Source: the human T2T-CHM13v2.0 reference genome, Homo sapiens
Assembly (NCBI RefSeq): GCF_009914755.1
Contig: NC_060933.1
Reading direction: 5' to 3' (one strand)
DNA length: 64,000 nucleotides
Below are positions 13,510 through 29,200 of the stretch, piece after piece. Position numbers and translations under genes: made by a program. The notes beneath the pieces were generated by a model. That model was given only the letters and a program-made list of their open reading frames with translations, did no database searches and was not told the origin of the DNA. Within the stretch, counting starts at the first letter, position 1. Each line of letters begins with the position of its first letter.

Positions 13510-16500
13510 CCACTCCATTGCAGTCCTTTCCATTCCATTCCACTCGGGTTGATTCCATTGTATTTCTTTCCTTTCCATTCCATTCCATTGCAATCGAGTT
13601 GATTCCATTGCTTTGAATTCCGTTCCATTCCATTCCATTCCGGATGATTCCATTCCATTGCATTCCATTCCATTCCATTCCCCTGCACTCGGGTTGATTC
13701 CTTTCCATTCCACTCCATTCCATTCCATTCCATTGTATTCGGGTTAATTCCATTCCATTCCATTCCATTCCATTCCATTCCATTCCATTTAATTCCTTTC
13801 CATTACAATCGAGTTTATTCCATTCCATTCCGTTCCATTCCATTCCATTCCATTCCATTCCAGTCCTTTCCATTCCATTCCACTCGGGTTGATTCCATTC
13901 TATTAGTTTCCATTCCATTCCATTCCCTTCCATTCCACTCTGGTTGATTCCTTTCCTTTCCATTCCACTCGAATACATTCCTTCCTATTCCACTCGGAAC
14001 GATTCCATTCCATTCCATTCCATTCAATTCCATTCCATTCCATTCCATTTCGTTCCATTCCATTCTATTCCGTAGCATTCCATACCATTCCATTCCATTC
14101 CACTCGTGTTGATTCCATTCCTTTCCATTCCATTCGGTTTGAAGGCATTCCATTCCATTCAATTCCATTCCATTCCATTCCATTCTATTCCATTCCATTC
14201 CATTCCATTCCATTCCATTCCATTGTACTCGGGTTGATTCCATTCCATTGCATTCCATTCCATTCCATTCCATTCCATTCCATTCCGTTGCGTTCCATTC
14301 CATTACATTCGGATTGATTCTATTCAACTCCCTTACTCTCCATTACATTCCATTCCATTCGGGTTGTTCCATTCCATTCCATTCCATTCCACTCCATTCC
14401 ATTGCAGTCGGGTTGATTCCATTCCATTCCATTCCATTCCATTCCAGATGATTCCATTCCATTGCATTCCGTTCCATTACATTCCCCTGCACTCGCGTTG
14501 ATTCCATTCCATTCCATTGCATTCCATTCATTTCCATTCCATTACAATTCGTTCCATTCCATTCCGTTCCGTTCCATTCCATTCCATTCCATTCCATTCC
14601 ATTCCATTCCATTCCGTTCCGTTCCGTTCCATTCCATTCCATTCCATTGCATTCCATTCCATTCCATTCCGTTCCATTCCAGTCCTTTCCATTCCATTCC
14701 ACTCGGGTTGATTCCATTTTATTCCTTTCCATTCCATTCCATTCCATTGCAATCGAGTTGATTCCATTGCTTTGCATTCCGTTCCATTCCATTCCATTCC
14801 GGATGATTCCATTCCATTTCATTCCATTCCATTCCATTCCCCTGCACTCGGGTTGATTCCATTCCATTCCACTCCATTCCATTCCATTCCATTGTGTTCG
14901 GGTTAATTCCATTCCATTCCATTCCATTCCATTCCATTTCATTCCTTTCCATTACAATCGAGTTGATTCCATTCCATTCCATTTCATTCCATTCCATTCC
15001 ATTCCAGTCCTTTCCATTCCATTCCACTCGGGTTGATTCCATTCTATTAGTTTCCATTCCATTCCATTCCCTTCCATTCCACTCTGGTTGATTCCTTTCC
15101 TTTCCATTCCACTCGTATACATTCCCTCCTATTCCACTCGGAACGATTCCATTCCATTCCATTCCATTAAATTCCATTCCATTCCATTCCATTTCGTTCC
15201 ATTCCATTCTATTCCGTACCATTCCATTCCATTCCATTGCATTCCATTCCATTGCATTCCACTCGTGTTGATTCCATTCCTTTCCATTCCATTCGGTTTG
15301 AAGGCATTCCATTCCATTCAATTCCATTCCATTCCAATCCATTCCATTCCATTCCATTCCATTCCATTCCATTCCATTCCATTCCATTGTACTCGGGTTG
15401 ATTCCATTCCATTGCATTCCATTCCATTCCATTCCATTCCATTCCATTCCGTTGCGTTCCATTCTATTACATTCGGATTGATTCTACTCAACTCCCTTAC
15501 TCTCCATTACATTCCATTCCATTCGGGTTGTTCCATTCCATTCCATTCCATTCCACTCCATTCCACTGCACTCGGGTTGATTCCATTCCATTCCATTCCA
15601 TTCCATTCCATTCCATTCCGGATGATTCCATTCCATTGCACTCCATTCCATTAAATTCCCCTGCACTCGCGTTGATTCCATTCCATTCCATTGCATTCCA
15701 TTCAATTCCATTCCATTACAATTCGTTCCATTCCATTCTATTCCGTACCATTCCATTCCATTCCATGCCATTCCATTCCATTCCATTCCATTCCATTCCA
15801 TTCCCTTCCATTCCGTTCCATTCCATTCCTTTCCATTCCATTCCACTCGGGTTGATTCCATTTTATTCCTTTCCATTCCATTCCATTCCATTGCAATCGA
15901 GTTGTTTCCATTGCTTTGCATTCCGTTCCATTCCATTCCATTCCGGATGATTCCATTCCATTGCATTCCATTCCATTCCATTCCCCTGCACTCGGGTTGA
16001 TTCCATTCCATTCCACTCCATTCCATTCCATTCCATTGTATTCGGGTTAATTCCATTCCATTCCATTCCATTCCATTCCATTTCATTCCTTTCCATTACA
16101 ATCGAGTTGATTCCATTCCATTCCATTTTATTCCATTCCATTCCTTTCCATTACAATCGAGTTGATTCCATTCCATTCCATTTCATTCCATTCCATTCCA
16201 TTCCAGTCCTTTCCATTCCATTCCACTCGGGTTGATTCCATTCTATTAGTTTCCATTCCATTCCATTCCCTTCCATTCCACTCTGGTTGATTCCTTTCCT
16301 TTCCATTCCACTCGTATATATTCCCTCCTATTCCACTCGGAACGATTCCATTCCATTCCATTCCACTAAATTCCATTCCATTCCATTCCATTTCGTTCCA
16401 TTCCATTCTATTCCGTACCATTCCATTCCATTCCATTGCATTCCACTCGTGTTGATTCCATTCCTTTCCATTCCATTCGGTTTGAAGGCACTCCATTCCA

Positions 16501-16990
16501 TTCAATTCCATTCCATTCCATTCCATTCCATTCCATTCCATTCCATTCCATTGTACTCGGGTTGATTCCATTCCATTGCATTCCATTCCATTCCATTCCA
16601 TTCCATTCCGTTGCGTTCCATTCTATTACATTCGGATTGATTCTACTCAACTCCCTTACTCTCCATTACATTCCATTCCATTCGGGTTGTTCCATTCCAT
16701 TCCATTCCATTCCATTCCATTCCACTCCATTCCACTGCACTCGGGTTGATTCCATTCCATTCCATTCCATTCCATTCCATTCCATTCCATTCCATTCCGG
16801 ATGATTCCATTCCATTGCATTCCGTTCCATTAAATTCGCCTGCACTCGCGTTGATTCCATTCCATTCCATTGCATTCCATTCAATTCCATTCCATTACAA
16901 TTCGTTCCATTCCATTCTATTCCGTACCATTCCATTCCATTCCATGTCATTCCATTCCATTCCATTCCATTCCATTCCATTCCATTCCCT
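13510..16990 (+). repeat. ~1.15-kb tandem triplication
   Basis: TTGATTCCTTTCCTTTCCATTCCACTCG at 13944/15088/16287; GGTTTGAAGGCA at 14136/15295/16479; CTTTG(A/C)ATTCCGTTCC at 13611/14770/15914. Confidence 0.88.
16085..16194 (+). repeat. 55-bp tandem duplication inside the third 1.15-kb copy
   Basis: ATTCCTTTCCATTACAATCGAGTTG at 16085 and 16140; this accounts for the 1199-bp vs 1144-bp marker spacing. Confidence 0.85.
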
Positions 16991-17889
16991 TCCATTCCGT
17001 TCCATTCCATTCCATTCCTTTCTATTCGGGTTAATTCCATTCCATTCCATTCCATTCCATTCCATTCTATTCCATTCCATTGCAATCGAGTTGAATTCAT
17101 TGCATTTCATTCTATTCCATTCCATTCCATTCCATTCCGGAAGATTCCATTCCATTGCATTCCATTCCATTCCATTCCCCTGCACTCGCGTTGATTCCAT
17201 TCCATTCAATTCCATTCCATTCCATTCCATTCCATTCCGTTCCGTTCCATTCCATTCCATTCCATTCCATTCCGTTCCGTTCCATTCCATTCCATTCCAT
17301 TCTATTCGGGTTAATTCCATTCCATTCCATTCGATTGCAATCGAGTTGATTCCATTCCATTCCATTCCATTCCATTCCTTTCCATTCCATTACGTATGAT
17401 TCCATTCCATTGCATTCCATTCCATTCCATTCCCCTGCACTCGCGTTGATTCCATTCCATTCCATTCCATTCCGTTCCATTCCGTCCCATTCCGTTCCGT
17501 TCCATTCCATTCCATTCCATTCAATTCCATTCCATTCCATTCCGGAAGATTCCATTCCATTGCATTCCATTCCATTACATTCCCCTGCACTCGCGTTGAT
17601 TCCATTCCATTCCATTCCATTCCATTCCATTCCATTCCGTTCCGTTCCATTCCATTCCCTTCCATTCCATTCCATTCCGTTCCGTTCCATTCCATTCCAT
17701 TCCATTCTATTCGGGTTAATTCCATTCCATTCCATTCGATTGCAATCGAGTTGATTCCATTCCATTCCATTCCATTCCATTTCTTTCCATTCCATTCCTT
17801 TCCATTCCATTACAGATGATTCCATTCCATTGCATTCCATTCCATTCCATTCCCCTGCACTCGCGTTGATTCCATTCCATTCCATTCCA

Positions 17890-17975
17890 TTCCGTTCCAT
17901 TCCGTTCCGTTCCGTTACGTTCCGTTCCATTCCATTCCATTCCGTTCCGTTCCGTTCTGTTCCGTTCCGTTCCAT
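17890..17975 (+). repeat. CpG-rich (CGTTC)n variant tract (similar tracts at about 1-70, 34090-34120, 37670-37705 and 62095-62125)
   Basis: Runs of consecutive CGTTC pentamers replace CATTC. Confidence 0.8.
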
Positions 17976-20900
17976 TCCATTCCATTCTATTCGGGTTAAT
18001 TCCATTCCATTCCATTCTATTGCAATCGAGTGGATTCCATTCCATTCCATTCCATTCCATTCCATTCCATTCCATTCCATTCCTTTCCATTCCAATACGG
18101 ATGATTCCATTCCATTGCATTCCATTCCATTCCATTCCCCTGTGCTCCAGTTGATTCCATTCCATTCCATTCCAATCCATGCCATTCCACTCGTGTTGCT
18201 TCCATTCTTTCCATTCCATTCAAGATGAATCCATTCCATTGCATTCCATTCCATTCGATTCCATTCGATTGCACTCGGGTTGATTCCATTCCATTTCATT
18301 CCATTCCATTCCATTCCATTCCATTCCATTCCATTCCATTCCGTTCCATTCCATTCCATTACATACGGATTGATTCTATTCAATTCCCTTACACTCCATT
18401 CCATTCCATTCCATTCCATTCCGGTACTTTCCATTCCATTCAATTCCATTCCTCTCCATTCCTTTGCACTCGAGTTGATTCCATTCCATTGCATTCCATT
18501 CCATTCCATTCAATTACATTGGGTTCCATTCCATTCCATTACATTCGGATTGATTCTATTCAACTCCCTTACTCTCCAATACATTCCATTCCATTCGGGT
18601 TGTTCCATTCCATTCCATTCCATTCCACTCCATTCCATTGCACTCGGGTTGATTCCAATCCATTCCATTCCATTCCATTCCATTCCATTCCATTCCATTC
18701 CATTCCGGATGATTCCATTCCATTGCATTCCGTTCCATTACATTCCCCTGCACTCGGGTTGATTCCATTCCATTCCATTCCATTCCATTCCATTCCAATT
18801 CTTTCCATTCTATTCTATTCCGTACCATTCCATTCCATTGCATACAATTCCATTCCATTCCATTCCATTCCATTCCATTCCGTTCCGTTCCGTTCCGTTC
18901 CGTTCCATTCCATTCCATTCCATTCTATTCGGGTTAATTCCATTCCATTCCATTCGATTGCAATCGAGTTGATTCCATTCCATTCCATTCCACTCCATTC
19001 CATTCCATTCCATTCCATTCCACTCCATTCCATTCCTTTCCATTACATTACGGATGATTCCATTCCATTGCATTCCATGCCATTCCATTCCCCTGTACTC
19101 GGGTTGATTCCATTCCATTCCATTCCTATCCATGACATTCCACTCGTGTTGGTTCCATTCTTTCCATTCCATTCAAGTTGAATCCATTCCATTGCATTCC
19201 ATTCCATTCGATTCCATTCGATTGCACTCGGGTTGATTCCATTCCATTCCATTCCATTCCATTCCATTCCGTTCCATTCCATTCCATTACATTCGGATTG
19301 ATTCTATTCAATTCCCTTACACTCCTTTACATTCCATTCCATTCGGGTAGTTTCCATTCCATTCCATTCCATTCCTCTCCATTCCATTGCACTCGGGTTG
19401 ATTCCATTCCATTCCATTCCATTCCATTCCATTCCGTATGATTCCATTCCATTGAATTCCATTCCATTCCATTCCCCTGCACTTGGGTTGATTCCATTCC
19501 ATTGCATTCCATTCCTTTCTGTTCCATTCCATTCCATTCCATTCCATTCTATTCGTGTTAATTCCATTCATTCTATTCCATTCCATTCCATTGAAATCGA
19601 GTTGATTCCATTCCATTCCATTCCATTCCATTCCATTCCATTCTATTCCATTCCGGATGATTCCATTCCATTGCATTCCATTCCATTCCATTCCCCTGCA
19701 CTCGGGTTGATTCCATTCCATTCCATTCCATTACATTCCGTTCCATTCCATTCCATTCCATTCTATTCGGGTTAAATCCATTCCATTCCATTCCACTCCA
19801 TACCAGTCCTTTCCATTCCATTCCACTCGGGTTGATTCCATTCTACTCCTTTCCATTCCATTCCATTCAATTGCAATCGAGTTGATTCCATTCGAGTTGA
19901 ATCCATTCCATTCCATTCCATTCCATTCCATTGCACACGGGTTCATTCCATTCCATTCCATTCCATTTCATTCCATTCCATTCCATTCCATTTCATTCCA
20001 TTCCATTCTATTCCGTACCATTCCATTCCATCCCATTCCATTCCATTCCATTCCATGCCATTATACTCGGGTTGATTCCATTCCTTTCCATTCCATTCTT
20101 CTTGAATCCATTCCATTCCATTACATTCCATTCGAATCCATTCCATTGCACTCGGGTTGATTCCATTCCATTCCATTCCATTCCATTTCATTCCATTCCA
20201 TTCCATCACATTCGGATTGATTCTATTCAATTCCCTTACACTGCATTACATTCCATTCCATTCGGGATGTTTCCATTCCATTCCATTCCACTCCATTCCA
20301 TTGCATCGGGTTGATTGCATTCCATTCCATTCCATTCCATTCCGGATGATTCCATTCCATTGCATTCCATTCCATTCCATTCCCCTGGACTCGGGTTGAC
20401 TACATTCCATTGCATTCCATTCCATTCGATTCCATTCCATTCCAATTCATTCCATTCCATTCTATTCCGTACCATTCCATTCCATTCCATTCCATACCAT
20501 TCCATTCCATTCCATTCCATTCCCTTCCATTCCTTTCCATTCCATTCCATTCCATTCTATTCCATTCCATTCCATTCCGTTCCATTCCATTCCATTCCAT
20601 TCTATTCGGGTTAATTCCATTCCATTCCATTCCATTCCATTCCATTCCATTCCATTCTATTCCATTCCATTGCAATCGAGATGAATCCATTGCATTCTAT
20701 TCCATTCCATTCCATTCCATTCCATTACATTACATTCCGGAAGATTCCATTCCATTGCATTCCATTCCATTCCATTCCCCTGCACTCGCGTTGATTCCAT
20801 TCCATTCCATTCCATTCCATTCCATTCCATTCCATTCCTTTCCGTTATATTCCATTCCATTCCATTCTATTCGGGTAAATTCCATTCCATTCCATTCTAT

Positions 20901-22784
20901 TGCAATCGAGTTGTTTCCATTCCATTCCATTCCATTCCATTCCATTCCTTTCCATTCCGGATGATTCCATTCCATTGCATTCCATTCCATTCCATTCCCC
21001 TGTACTCGTTTTGATTCCATTCCATTCCATGCCATTGCACTCGTGTTGATTCCATTCTTTCCATTCCATTCAGGTTGAATCCATTCCATTCCATTCCAAT
21101 CCATTCGATTCCATTCGATTGCACTCGGGTTGATTCCATTCCATTGCATTCCATTCCATTCCATTCCATTCCATTCCATTCCATTCCATTCCATTCCGTT
21201 CCATTCTATTCCATTACATTCGGATTGATTCTATTCAATTCCCTTACACTCCATTACATTCCCTTCCATTCGGGTAGTTTCCATTCCATTCCGTTCCATT
21301 CCTCTCCATTCCATTGCACTCGGGTTGATTCCATTCCATTCCATTCCATTCCATTCCATTCCATTCCATTCCGTTCCGGATTAATCCATTCCATTGAATT
21401 CCATTCCATTCCATTCCCCTGCACTTGGGTTGATTCCATTCCATTCCATTCCATTCCATTCCTTTCCTTTCCATTCCATTCCATTCCATTCCATTCCATT
21501 CCATTCTATTCGTGTTAATTCCATTCCATTCTATTCCATTCCATTCCTTTGAAATCGAGTTGAACCCATTCCATTCCATTCCATTCCATTCCATTCCGGA
21601 TGATTCCATTCCATTGCATTACATTCCATTCAATTCCCCTGCACTCGGGTTGATTCCATTCCATTCCATTCCATTACTTTCCGTTCCATTCCATTCCATT
21701 CCATTGTATTCGTTTTAATTCCATTCTATTTCATTCCATTCCGTTCCATTCCATTCCATTCCATTCCATTGCAATCGAGTTGAATCCATTCCATTCCATT
21801 CCATTCCATTCCATTGCAATCCAGTTGATTCCATTCCATTCCATTACATTACATTCCATTCCATTCCACTCCATTCCTGTCCTTTCCTTTCCATTCCACT
21901 CGGGTTGATTCCATTCTATTCCTTTCCATTCCATTCCATTCCATTGCAATCGAGTTGATTCCATTCGAGTTGAATCCATTCAATTCCATTCCATTCCATT
22001 GGATTCCATTCCATTATACACGGGTTCATTGCATTCCATTCCATTCCATTCCATTCCATTCCATTCCATTTCGTTCCATTCCATTCGGGTTGTTTCCATT
22101 CCATTCTATTCCATTCTACTCCTTTCGATTGCACTCGGGTTGATTAAATTCCATTCCATTCCATTCCATTCCATTCCATTCCAGATGATTCCATTCCATT
22201 GCATTCCATTCTATTCCATTCCCCTGCACTCGGGTTTATTCCATTCCATTCCATTCCATTCCATTCCGTTCCATTCCATTCCATTCCATTCTATTTGGAT
22301 TAACTCCATTCCATTTCATTCCATTCCATTCCATTCCATTCCATTCCATTGCAATCGAGTTGATTCCATTCCATTCCATTCCATTCCATTCCGTTCCATT
22401 CCATTCCATTAGATTCCATTCCATTGCACTCGGGTTGATTCCATTCCATTCCATTCCATTCCATTCCATTCCGTTCCACTCCATTTCATTACATTGAGAT
22501 TGATTCTATTCAATTCCCTTACACTCCATTATATTCCAATCCATTCTGGTTGTTTCCATTCCATTCCATTCCATTTCACTTGATTCCATTGCACTCGGGT
22601 TGATTCCATTCCATTCCATTCTATTCCATTCCATTCCATTCCGGATAATTCCATTCCATTGCATTCCATTCCATTCCATTCCCCTGCTTTCGGGTTGATT
22701 CCATTCCATTCCATTCCATTTCGTTCTATTCCATTCTGTTAGGTACAATTCCATTCCAATCCATTCCATTCGAATCCCTTCCAT

Positions 22785-22812
22785 TGCGGTTGATTCCATG
22801 CGGTTGATTCCA
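22785..22812 (+). repeat. 14-bp perfect tandem duplication (TGCGGTTGATTCCA)x2
   Basis: Read directly at 22785-22798 and 22799-22812; it shifts the pentamer register. Confidence 0.9.
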
Positions 22813-25800
22813 TTCAATTGCATTCCATTCCATTCCATTCCCTTGCACTCGAGTTGGTTCCATTCCATTCCATTCCATTCCATTCCATTCCATTCCAATC
22901 CATTCCATTCCATTCCAATCCATTCCATTCCATTCCATTCCATTCCATTCCATTCCGGATGATTCCATTCCATTGCATTCCATTCCATTCCAGTCCCCTG
23001 CACTCGGGTTGATTCCATTCCATTCCATTCCATTCCATTCCATTCCATTCCATTACACTCCATTCCATGCCATTCCACTCGGGTTTATTCCATTCCTTTC
23101 CATTCCATTCGGGTTGAATCCATTCCATTCCATTCCATTCCATTCGATTCCATTTCATTGCACTCGGGTTGATTCCATTCCATTCCATTCCATTCCATTC
23201 CATTCCATTCCATTCCATTCCTGTCCTTTCCATTCCATTCCTCTCTGGTTGTTTCCACTCTATTCCTTTCCATTCCATTCCATTGCCTTCCATTCCACTC
23301 TGGTTGATTCCATTCCTTTCCATTCCACTCGAGTACATTCCCTTCTTTCCACTGGGAATGATTCCATTCCATTCCATTCCATTCCATTCCATTCCATTTC
23401 ACTCCATTCCATTCTATACCACTTCATTACATTCCATTATATTCCTTTCCATTCCATTTCACTCTTGTTGATTCCATTCCATTCTATTGCATTCCATTCC
23501 ATTCCATTCCATTCCATTCCATTCCGCTACATTCCATTTCATTACATTCGGATAGATTCTATTCAATTCCTTTACACTCCATTCCATTCCATTCCCTTTG
23601 GGTTGTTTCCATTCCATTCCTTTCCATGCCACTCCATTCCATTGCACTCGGGTTGATTCCATTCCATTCCATTCCATTCCATTCCATTCCATTCCATTCC
23701 ATTCCATTCCGGATGATTCCATTCCATTGCATTCCATTCCATTCCATTCCCCTGCACTCGGGTTGATTCCATTCCATTCCATTCCATTCCATTCCATTCT
23801 ATTCCATTCCATTCCGTTGCATTCCATTCCATTACATTCGGATTGATTCTATTCAACTCCCTTACTCTCCATTACATTCCATTCCATTCGGGTTGTTTCC
23901 ATTCCATTGCATTCCATTCCATTCCATTCCATTCCCTATGATTCCATTCCATTGCATTCCATTCCATTCCATTCCCCTGCATTTGAGTTGATTCCATTCC
24001 ATTGCATTCCATTCCATTACATTCCCCTGCATTTGGGTTGATTCCATTCCATTCCATTCCATTCCATTCCATTCCATTCCATTCCATTCCATTTCTTTCC
24101 ATTCCATTCTGTTAGGTACCATTCCATTCCATTCCATTCCATTCCACTCCTTTCCATGCGATTCCACTCGGGTTGATTCCATTCCTTTTCATTCCAATCG
24201 GGTTCAATCCATTCCATTCCATTCCATTCCATTCCCTTCCATTCCACTCGATTCCCTGCCATTCCATTCCATTCCATTCCATTCCATTCCATTCTATTCC
24301 ATTCCATTCCATTCCTTTGCATTCCATTCCACATGGGTTGATTCCATTCCATTCCTTTCCATTCCATTCCATTCCCTTGCATTCCACTCCGGTTGATTCC
24401 ATTCCTTTCCTTCCACTCCATTACATTCCCTTCCATTCCACTCGGAATGATTGATTCCATTCCATTCCATTCCCTTTCATTACATTGCATTCCATTCCAA
24501 TCCATTCCATTCCATTCCATTCCACTCGAGTTGATTCCATTCCGTTCCTTTCCATTCCATTCCATTCCATTCCTTTCCATTCCATTCCACTCGGGTTGAT
24601 TCCATTCTATTCCTTTCCATTCCATTCCATTCCCTTCCATTCCACTCTGGTTGATTCCATTCCTTTCCATTCCACTCGAATACATTCCTTTCTATTCCAC
24701 TCGGAATGATTCCATTCCATTCCATTTGATTCCATTCCATTCCATTCCACTCCATTCCTTTTCGTTCCATTCCATTCTATTCCGTACTATTCCATTCCAT
24801 TCCATTCCATTCCATTCCATTCTATTCCATTCCATTCCATGCCATTCCACTCGGGTTGATTCCATAGCTTTCCATTCCATTCGGGTTGAATCCATTCAAT
24901 TCCATTCCTTTCCATTCCATTGCATTCCATTCCATTCCATTCCATTCCATTAGGATTGATTCTATTCAATTCCCTTACACTCCATTACATTCCATTCCAT
25001 TCCGGTAGTTTCCATTCCATTCCATTCCATACCATTCCACTGCGTTCCATTGCACTCTGGTTGATTCCATTCCATTCCATTCCATTCCATTCCATTCCAT
25101 TCCATTCCATTTCATTCCGGTTGATTCCATTCTATTGCTTTGCATTCCATTCCATTCCCTTGCACTCGGGTTGATTCCATCCCATTCCATTCCATTCCAT
25201 TCCATTCCATTCCGTTCCGTTCCATTCCGTTCCATTCCATTCTGTTCGGGTTAATTCCACTCCATTCCATTCCATTCCATTCCATTGCAATCGAGTTGAA
25301 TCCATTCCATTCCATTCCATTCCACTCCATTCCATTCCATTCCATTTCGTTCCAAACCATTCTATTCCGAAACATTCCATTCCATTCCATTCCATTCCAT
25401 TCCATTCAATGCCATTCCACTCGGGTTGATTCCATTCCATTCCATTCCATTCGGATTGAATCCATTCCGTTCCATTCCATTCTATTACATTCCATTCCAT
25501 TGCACTCGGGTTGATTTCATTCCATTCCATTCCATTCCATTCCATTCCATTCCGTTCCATTCCGTTCAATTCCATTTCATTACATTCAGATGGATTCTAT
25601 TCAATTCCATTACATTCCATTGTATTCCAATCCATTCTGGTTGTTTCCATTCCATTCCATTCCATTTCACTCCATTCCATTGCACTCGGGTTGATTCCAT
25701 TCCATTCCATTCCATTCCATTCCGGATGATTCCATTCCATTGCATTCCATTCCATTCCATTCCCCTGCACTCGGGTTGATTCCATTCCATTCCATTCCAT

Positions 25801-26229
25801 TCCATTCCGTTCCGTTCCATTCCATTCCATTCCATTCCATTCCATTCCATTCTATTCGGGTTAATTCCATTCCATTCTATTCCATTCCATTCCATTCCAT
25901 TCCATTGCAATCGAGTTGATTCCATTCCATTCCATTCCATTCCATTCCAGATGATTCCATTCCATTGCATTCCATTCCATTCCATTCCCCTGCACTCGGG
26001 TTGATTCCTTTCCATTCCATTCCATTCCATTCCCTTCCATTCCATTCCATTAAATTCTATTCGGGTTAATTCCATTCCATTCCATTCCATTGCAATCGAG
26101 TTGATTTCTTTCCATTCCATTCAATTCCATTCCATTCCAGTCCTTTCCATTCCTTTCCACTCGGGTTGATTCCATTCTATTCCTTTCCATTCCGATCCAT
26201 TACCTTCCATTCCACTCTGCTTGATTCCA

Positions 26230-29200
26230 TTCCCTTCCATTCCACTCGAATACATCCCTTTCTATTCCACTCGAAATGATTCAATTCCATTCCATTCCAT
26301 TCCATTCCATTCCATTCCATTCCATTACATTCCATATCGTTCTATTACATTCTATTCCGTACCATTCCATTCCATTCCATTCCATTCCATTCCATTCCAT
26401 TACATTACATTCGGATTGATTCTTTTCAATTCCCTTCACTCCATTCCATTCCATTCCATTCGGGTAGATTCCATTCCATTCCGTTCCATTCCACTCCATT
26501 CCATTGCACTCGGGTTGATTGATTCCATTCCACTGCATTCCATTCCATTCCATTCCATTCCGGATGATTCCATTCCATTGCATTCCATTCCATTTCATTC
26601 CCCTGCACTCGGATTGATTACATTCCATTCCATTGCATTCCATTCCATTCCATTCCATTCCACTCCATTCCATTGCACTCGGGTTGATTCAATTGCATTC
26701 CATTCCTTTGCATTCCATTCCATTGCGGATGATTCCATTCCATTGCATTCCATTCCATTCTATTCCTCTGCACTCAGGCTGATTCCATTCCATTCCATTC
26801 CATTCCATTCCATTCCATTCCATTCCATTCCATGCCGTTCCATTCCATTCCATTTCAATGCAATAAAGTTGATTCCATTCCATTCCATTCCATTCCATTC
26901 CATTCCATTCCATTCCGTTCCATTCCATTTCATTACATTCAGATTGATTCTATTCAATTCCCTTACACTCCATTACGTTCCATTCCATTCGGGTTGTTTG
27001 CATTCCATTCCATTCCATTCCACTCCATTCCATTGCCCTCGGGTTGATTCAATTGCATTCCATTCCTTTCCATTCCACTCGAATACATCGCTTTCTATTC
27101 CACTCGGAATGATTCCATTCCATTCCATTCCATTCCATTAAATTCCATTCCATTCCATTCCATTCCATATCATTCTATTCCATTCTATTCCGTACCATTC
27201 CATTCCATTCCATTCCATTCCATTCCATTCCATTACATTCGGATTGATTCTTTTCAATTCCCTTACACTCCATTCCATTCCATTCCATTCGGGTAGATTC
27301 CATTCCATTCCATTCCATTCCACTCCATTCCATTGCACTCGGGTTGATTGATTCCATTCCACTGCATTCCATTCCATTCCATTCCATTCCGGATGATTCC
27401 ATTCCATTGCATTCCATTCCATTTCATTCCCCTGCACTCGGATTGATTACATTCCATTCCATTGCATTCCATTCCATTCCATTCCATTCCACTCCATTCG
27501 ATTGCACTCGGGTTGATTCAATTGCATTCCATTCCTTTCCATTCCATTCCATTGCGGATGATTCCATTCCATTGCATTCCATTCCATTCCATTCGTATGC
27601 ACTCAGGCTGATTCCATTCCATTCCATTCCATTCCATTCCATGCCGTTCCATTCCATTCCATTTCAATGCAATAAAGTTGATTCCATTCCATTCCATTCC
27701 ATTCCATTCCATTCCATTCCATTCCGTTCCATTCCATTTCATTACATTCAGATTGATTCTATTCAATTCCCTTACAATCCATTACATTCCATTCCATTCG
27801 GGTTGTTTGCATTCCATTACATTCCATTCCAGTCCATTCCATTGCCCTCGGGTTGATTCAATTGCATTCCATTCCTTTCCATTCCATTCCATTGCGGATG
27901 ATTCCATTCCATAGCATTCCATTCCATTCCATTCCCCTGCACTGGGGTGGATTCCATTTCATTCCATTCCATTCCATTCCATTCCATTCCATTCTATTCG
28001 GGTTAATTCCATTCCATTCTATTCCATTCCATTCCATTCCATTCCATTCCATTCCATTCCATTTCATTCCATTCCATTGCAATCGAGTTGATTCCATTCC
28101 ATTCCATTCCATTCTATTCCATTCCATTCCATTCCATTCAACTCAATTCCGGTTGATTCCATTCCATTACATTAAATTCCATTCCAACCCCCTGCACTGG
28201 GGTTGATTCCATTCCATTCCATTCCATTCCATTCCGTTCCATTCCATTCCATTCGGGTTAATTCCATTCCATTCCATTCCATTCCATTCCATTCCATTCC
28301 ATTCCATTCCATGCCATTCCACTAGGGTTGATTCCATTCCTTTGCATTCCATTCAGGTTGAATCCATTCCATTCCATTCCATTCCATTCCATTCCATTCC
28401 ATTGCACTCGGGTTGATTCCATTCCATTCCATTCCAGTCCATTCCATTCCATTCCTTTCCATTCCATTCCATTCCGTTCCGTTCCATTCCATTTCATTAC
28501 ATTCAGATTGATTCTATTCAATTCCATTACACTCAATTATATTCCAATCCATTCTGATTGTTTCCATTCCATTCCACTCCATTTCACTCCATTCCATTGC
28601 ATTCGGGTTGATTCCATTCCATTCCATTCCATACCATTCCATTCCGGATGATTCCATTCCATTGTATTCCATTCCATTCCATTCAATTCGGGTTAATTCC
28701 ATGCCATTCTATTCCATTCCATTCCATTCCATTCCATTGCAATCGAGTGGATTCCATTCCATTCCATTCCATTCCAGATGATTCCATTCCATTGCATTCC
28801 ATTCCATTCCATTCTCCTGCACTCGGGTTGATTCCTTTCCATTCCATTCCATTCCATTCCGTTCCATTCCATTCCATTCCATTGCAATCGTGTTGATTCC
28901 ATTCCATGCCATTCAATTCCATTCCATTCCAGTCCTTTCCATTCCTTTCCACTCGGGTTGTTTCCATTCTATTCCTTTCCATTCCATTCCATTCCCTTCC
29001 ATTCCACTCTGGTTGAATCCATTCCTTTCCATTCCACTCGAATACATCCCTTTCTATTCCACTCGGAATGATTCCATTCCATTCCATTCCATTCCATTCC
29101 ATTCCATTCCATTCCATTCCATATCGTTCTATTCCATTCTATTCCTTACCATTCCATTCCATTCCATTCCATTCCATTCCATTCCATTCCATTACATTCG

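Noticed and set aside
17112-18509. 465-aa minus-strand ORF (MEWNG repeats) and all similar minus-strand ORFs
   Set aside because: (GGAAT)n has no stop codon and encodes MEWNG in all three frames. The ORFs overlap in every frame and have no domain-like content, so they are translation artefacts.
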